The translations under genes were made by a program, and so were the position numbers. The notes beneath the pieces are model-generated. The model did not search any database and was not told the DNA's origin. It was given only the letters and a program-made list of their open reading frames with translations. Positions 61,269 through 64,000 of a stretch of 64,000 nt of DNA are shown here, in pieces (position 1 is the first letter of the stretch; each line of letters opens with the position of its first letter). Source of the stretch: an uncultured Chloroflexia bacterium (GTDB lineage Bacteria; Chloroflexota; Dehalococcoidia; UBA2979); assembly GCA_963728205.1 (NCBI GenBank), contig CAVSIV010000006.1, positions 1,728,001 through 1,792,000 on the forward strand. The letters run 5' to 3'.

Positions 61269-64000
61269 CTAGTGTCCTGAGCTGCCCGGGCTGGCGTGCC
61301 ACAGCTTGCGTGACGGCATGGCGGGGGCGGAGGTGCTCGCCGCCCCGTCGAGACCCGGTGCACCCCTGCCGGAGCGGGGATCGGCGCCCGGTGGCCGGGT
61401 GTCGGCATAGGGGGACTGTCGAAAGCCCGAGGCGTGCACGAGCACCCGGCGGCCGGTGCGCTGGTCCCGCTCTCGCGCCGCCTCCGCGGTGGCCTCCGCG
61501 CGGGCCCGGGCGTCCTCCTCCCCGGCCTCGACCGCCGCCCACACCCCGGCCGCGCCCCCGGTCTGCCACGCGTCCCAGAGCGAGGCGAGCTCCCAGGCGC
61601 CGGTTGCCCGGATCGACACCCCGCGGTCACCGGTGCGGCGCACGACACCACGGACGAGGAGGAGCCAGGAGTGGAACACCACCCCGGCGTAGGGCCCCTG
61701 GACGTCTTCGAAGAAGGTGCAGTCCGAGGGTCCGGTGCCGTCGTCGAGGGTGAGGAAGACGACCCGTCGGCCCGAGCGCACCGGCGGGGTCTGGGTGGCC
61801 ACCTTGACCCCCGCGACCCACACCTCGCTGCGGCTGCGGGATGTGAGCAGGTCACGGCTGCGGGTCACCCCCAGGGCACGCAGCATCGGCTCGTAGAACT
61901 CCACGACGTGTGCGGAGACGTCGAGCCCGAGCACGTCGAGCTCGGCACGCACCCGCTCCGGGCCGGTCATCTCCGGCAGGCCGGTGCCGGAGGTGAGCCG
62001 TGGCCGGTCGCCGAGGTCGAGGGTGAGCTGCACCTGCTGGTCGCGGGCGGGGACGACCTCGCGGGCCGCCTGCGACTGGGCCGCGGCCCGCTCGCGGACG
62101 TCGACCGGCGAGCTCCCGACCTCGCGCTGCGGGGAGATGCTCGGGACGGCGAGGCGCCGGCTGCTGCGCGCCGGGCCTGCTCCCCCACGCTCCCAGCGCT
62201 CGAGCTCGGCGACGTGCAGCAGGAGGTCGCGGCGGGTGACCCGGCCCCGGCGCCCCAGCCCGGAGGACCCGCCCATCGCGTGCAGCGCGTCGAACGCACC
62301 GGCGAGGACGAGCCGCTCGGTCACCGGTCGGCTCACCCGGGCCCGGGTCCAGAAGTCACCGAGGTCGGCGTAGGGCTGGCCCGCGACGATGCGCGCGACC
62401 TCGGCGGCACTGATCCCCTTGACGTCGGCGAGGGACAGCCGGATGCCGTAGGGCTGGTGGGGGCGCCGCCATCCCGGCACCTCACCCGTCGAGTGAACAG
62501 AACACGCCGCCTCGAGCGGCCCGGACGCGGCGTGTTCTGTTCTCTCGACGGGGTCGGCGGGGTCAGCGGGGTCAGCAGGACCGTCGACGGGCTCGACACG
62601 GTAGGTGTCACCGGAGGCGTTGACGTCCAGGCCCAGGACGGGGATCCCGAAGGACCGGACGTCGTCGAGGATGAGCCGCTTGGGGTACATCCCCGGGTCG
62701 TGGGTGAGGACGCCGGCGAGAAAGGCCGCGGGGTGGTGGGTCTTGAGCCATGCCGAGTGGAACGTCGGGAGGGCGAACGCCGCGGCGTGGGCCTTGCAGA
62801 AGCCGAACGACGCGAAGGAGCGCAGGACCTCCCAGATCGCGTCGCGGTCCCCGGCGGAGTAGCCACGCGCCTTCGCGGCCGGTCGCCACCACGCCTCGAC
62901 CTGCTCCTGCCCCGCGGGGGTGCCCATGGTGCGGCGCACCTCGTCGGCCTGGGCCAGGCTCACCCCGGTCGTCTCGGCGACGATGAGGAGGACCTGCTCG
63001 TGGAAGACGACGACGCCCTCGGTCTCCTCCAGCGCCGGGACCAGGCTCGGGTGCAGGAAGCGCCGCTCGCTCCACCCGTGGCGGCTGTTGAGGAACGGGG
63101 TGATCATGTCGGACTTCACGGGCCCGGGCCGGAAGAGCGAGATGTCGACGATGAGGTCGTCGAACGCGGCGGGGCCGAGCTTGCCCACGAGCTCGCGCTG
63201 ACCGGGGCTCTCGATCTGGAACATCCCCAGGGTGCGGGTCGTGCGAATCAGCTCGTAGGTCGCGGCGTCGTCCCGGGGCACCTGGGCCTCGTCGTCGAGG
63301 TCGACCCGCTCCCCGGTCACCCGCTCGACCTCGGCGACGGCATGGGCCATCGCCGACTGCATCCGGATGCCGAGGACGTCGAGCTTGAGGAAGCCGAGGG
63401 TCTCGACGTCGTCCTTGTCGAACTGGCTCATCGGGAACCCCATCCAGCTCGCCTCCACGGGGGTGCGGTCGAGCAGGCCGGAGTTGGACAGCACGATCCC
63501 GCAGGGGTGCAGGGCGATGTGCCGGGGCAGCCCGTCGAGGGCCTCGACGAGGTCGAAGAAGGCCGCGAGCCGGGGGCTGTCGAGGCCACGGCTGCGCAGC
63601 TCGGGAAGGTCGGCGATGGCGTGCCGGGCGTCCTTGGCCCGGATGTGCGGGAACGCCTTGGCGATCTCGTCGATCTCCACCGGTGGCAGTCCCAGCGCGG
63701 CACCGACGTCGCGGACGGCGTGCCGCACCTTGTAGGTGTCCATCATCGACACGCAGGTGACCCGGTCGCCGCCGAAGCGCTCGAGCACCGCCTCGTAGAT
63801 CTCGGTGCGGCGGGCGGACTCGACGTCGACGTCGATGTCGGGGAGCTCGGCCCGCAGCGGGGAGCAGAACCGCTCCATGAGCAGCCGGTGCCGGATCGGG
63901 TCCACCCCGCTGATGCCCAGGAGGTGGTTGACCAGGCTGCCGGCCCCCGATCCGCGGGCCGCGACCCGCACTCCGCGGGCCCGGATCAGGTCGGTGACCT
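61269..64000 (-). CDS. dnaE: DNA polymerase III alpha subunit, DnaE2-like; 5' part beyond the window
   Basis: RGSGAGSLV, PDIDVDVE, PRHIALHPCG, LKLDVLG, FQIESPGQ, FGFCKAHAAAFA, OB-fold VFLTLDDGTG. Confidence 0.92.
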   Translation of the reverse strand, partial: VTDLIRARGVRVAARGSGAGSLVNHLLGISGVDPIRHRLLMERFCSPLRAELPDIDVDVESARRTEIYEAVLERFGGDRVTCVSMMDTYKVRHAVRDVGAALGLPPVEIDEIAKAFPHIRAKDARHAIADLPELRSRGLDSPRLAAFFDLVEALDGLPRHIALHPCGIVLSNSGLLDRTPVEASWMGFPMSQFDKDDVETLGFLKLDVLGIRMQSAMAHAVAEVERVTGERVDLDDEAQVPRDDAATYELIRTTRTLGMFQIESPGQRELVGKLGPAAFDDLIVDISLFRPGPVKSDMITPFLNSRHGWSERRFLHPSLVPALEETEGVVVFHEQVLLIVAETTGVSLAQADEVRRTMGTPAGQEQVEAWWRPAAKARGYSAGDRDAIWEVLRSFASFGFCKAHAAAFALPTFHSAWLKTHHPAAFLAGVLTHDPGMYPKRLILDDVRSFGIPVLGLDVNASGDTYRVEPVDGPADPADPADPVERTEHAASGPLEAACSVHSTGEVPGWRRPHQPYGIRLSLADVKGISAAEVARIVAGQPYADLGDFWTRARVSRPVTERLVLAGAFDALHAMGGSSGLGRRGRVTRRDLLLHVAELERWERGGAGPARSSRRLAVPSISPQREVGSSPVDVRERAAAQSQAAREVVPARDQQVQLTLDLGDRPRLTSGTGLPEMTGPERVRAELDVLGLDVSAHVVEFYEPMLRALGVTRSRDLLTSRSRSEVWVAGVKVATQTPPVRSGRRVVFLTLDDGTGPSDCTFFEDVQGPYAGVVFHSWLLLVRGVVRRTGDRGVSIRATGAWELASLWDAWQTGGAAGVWAAVEAGEEDARARAEATAEAARERDQRTGRRVLVHASGFRQSPYADTRPPGADPRSGRGAPGLDGAASTSAPAMPSRKLWHASPGSSGH
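62485..62552. repeat. 68-bp palindromic element inside the dnaE coding sequence
   Basis: cccgtcgagtgaacagaacacgccgc ... gcggcgtgttctgttctctcgacggg: 26-bp arms with one mismatch, 16-nt loop. Confidence 0.85.

Noticed and set aside
1-64000. tRNA, rRNA, riboswitch, integrase or transposase genes
   Set aside because: None recognised by eye; a covariance-model search would be needed to exclude small RNAs

Overview
High-GC bacterial sequence with many single-base indels, typical of an unpolished or low-coverage long-read assembly. It looks like two genomes joined near 37,650. Left part (1-~37,650), probably Chloroflexota/Dehalococcoidia-like: a tetrapyrrole operon (sirC-like end, hemA, hemC, cobA/hemD, hemB, HAD, hemL) studded with REP/REPIN-like palindromes, a TetA(P)-like MFS exporter, a mosaic repeat array and dnaN. 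Next is a ~24 kb defence island (11.4-35.4 kb), then the 3' part of an AddA-like helicase-nuclease. The island holds an orphan AbiEi, DUF1778-GNAT and DUF433-PIN toxin-antitoxin pairs, VIT1, CorA, an HNH nuclease, a DUF4011-helicase-Vsr-DUF3320 (Hhe-like) protein, a GHKL-ATPase/HExxH protein and a type I R-M system. Right part (~37,650-64,000): an ordinary Actinomycetota (Micrococcales-like) core region with dut, DUF4193, inositol monophosphatase, hemH, sepH, tdk, acyl-CoA ligase/GNAT, topoisomerase subunits, an Agl-like ABC transporter with LacI, dinB and a DnaE2-like polymerase. Best candidate for a new system: inside the type I R-M operon, between hsdM and hsdS, sit a GmrSD-like nuclease and a phosphoribosyltransferase (PRTase)-NADAR pair. 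The pair is bracketed by a duplicated 5' end of hsdS, and as sequenced the NADAR domain is fused in frame to HsdS. That fusion depends on one homopolymer base and needs checking. All family calls come from motif recognition by eye, not database searches.
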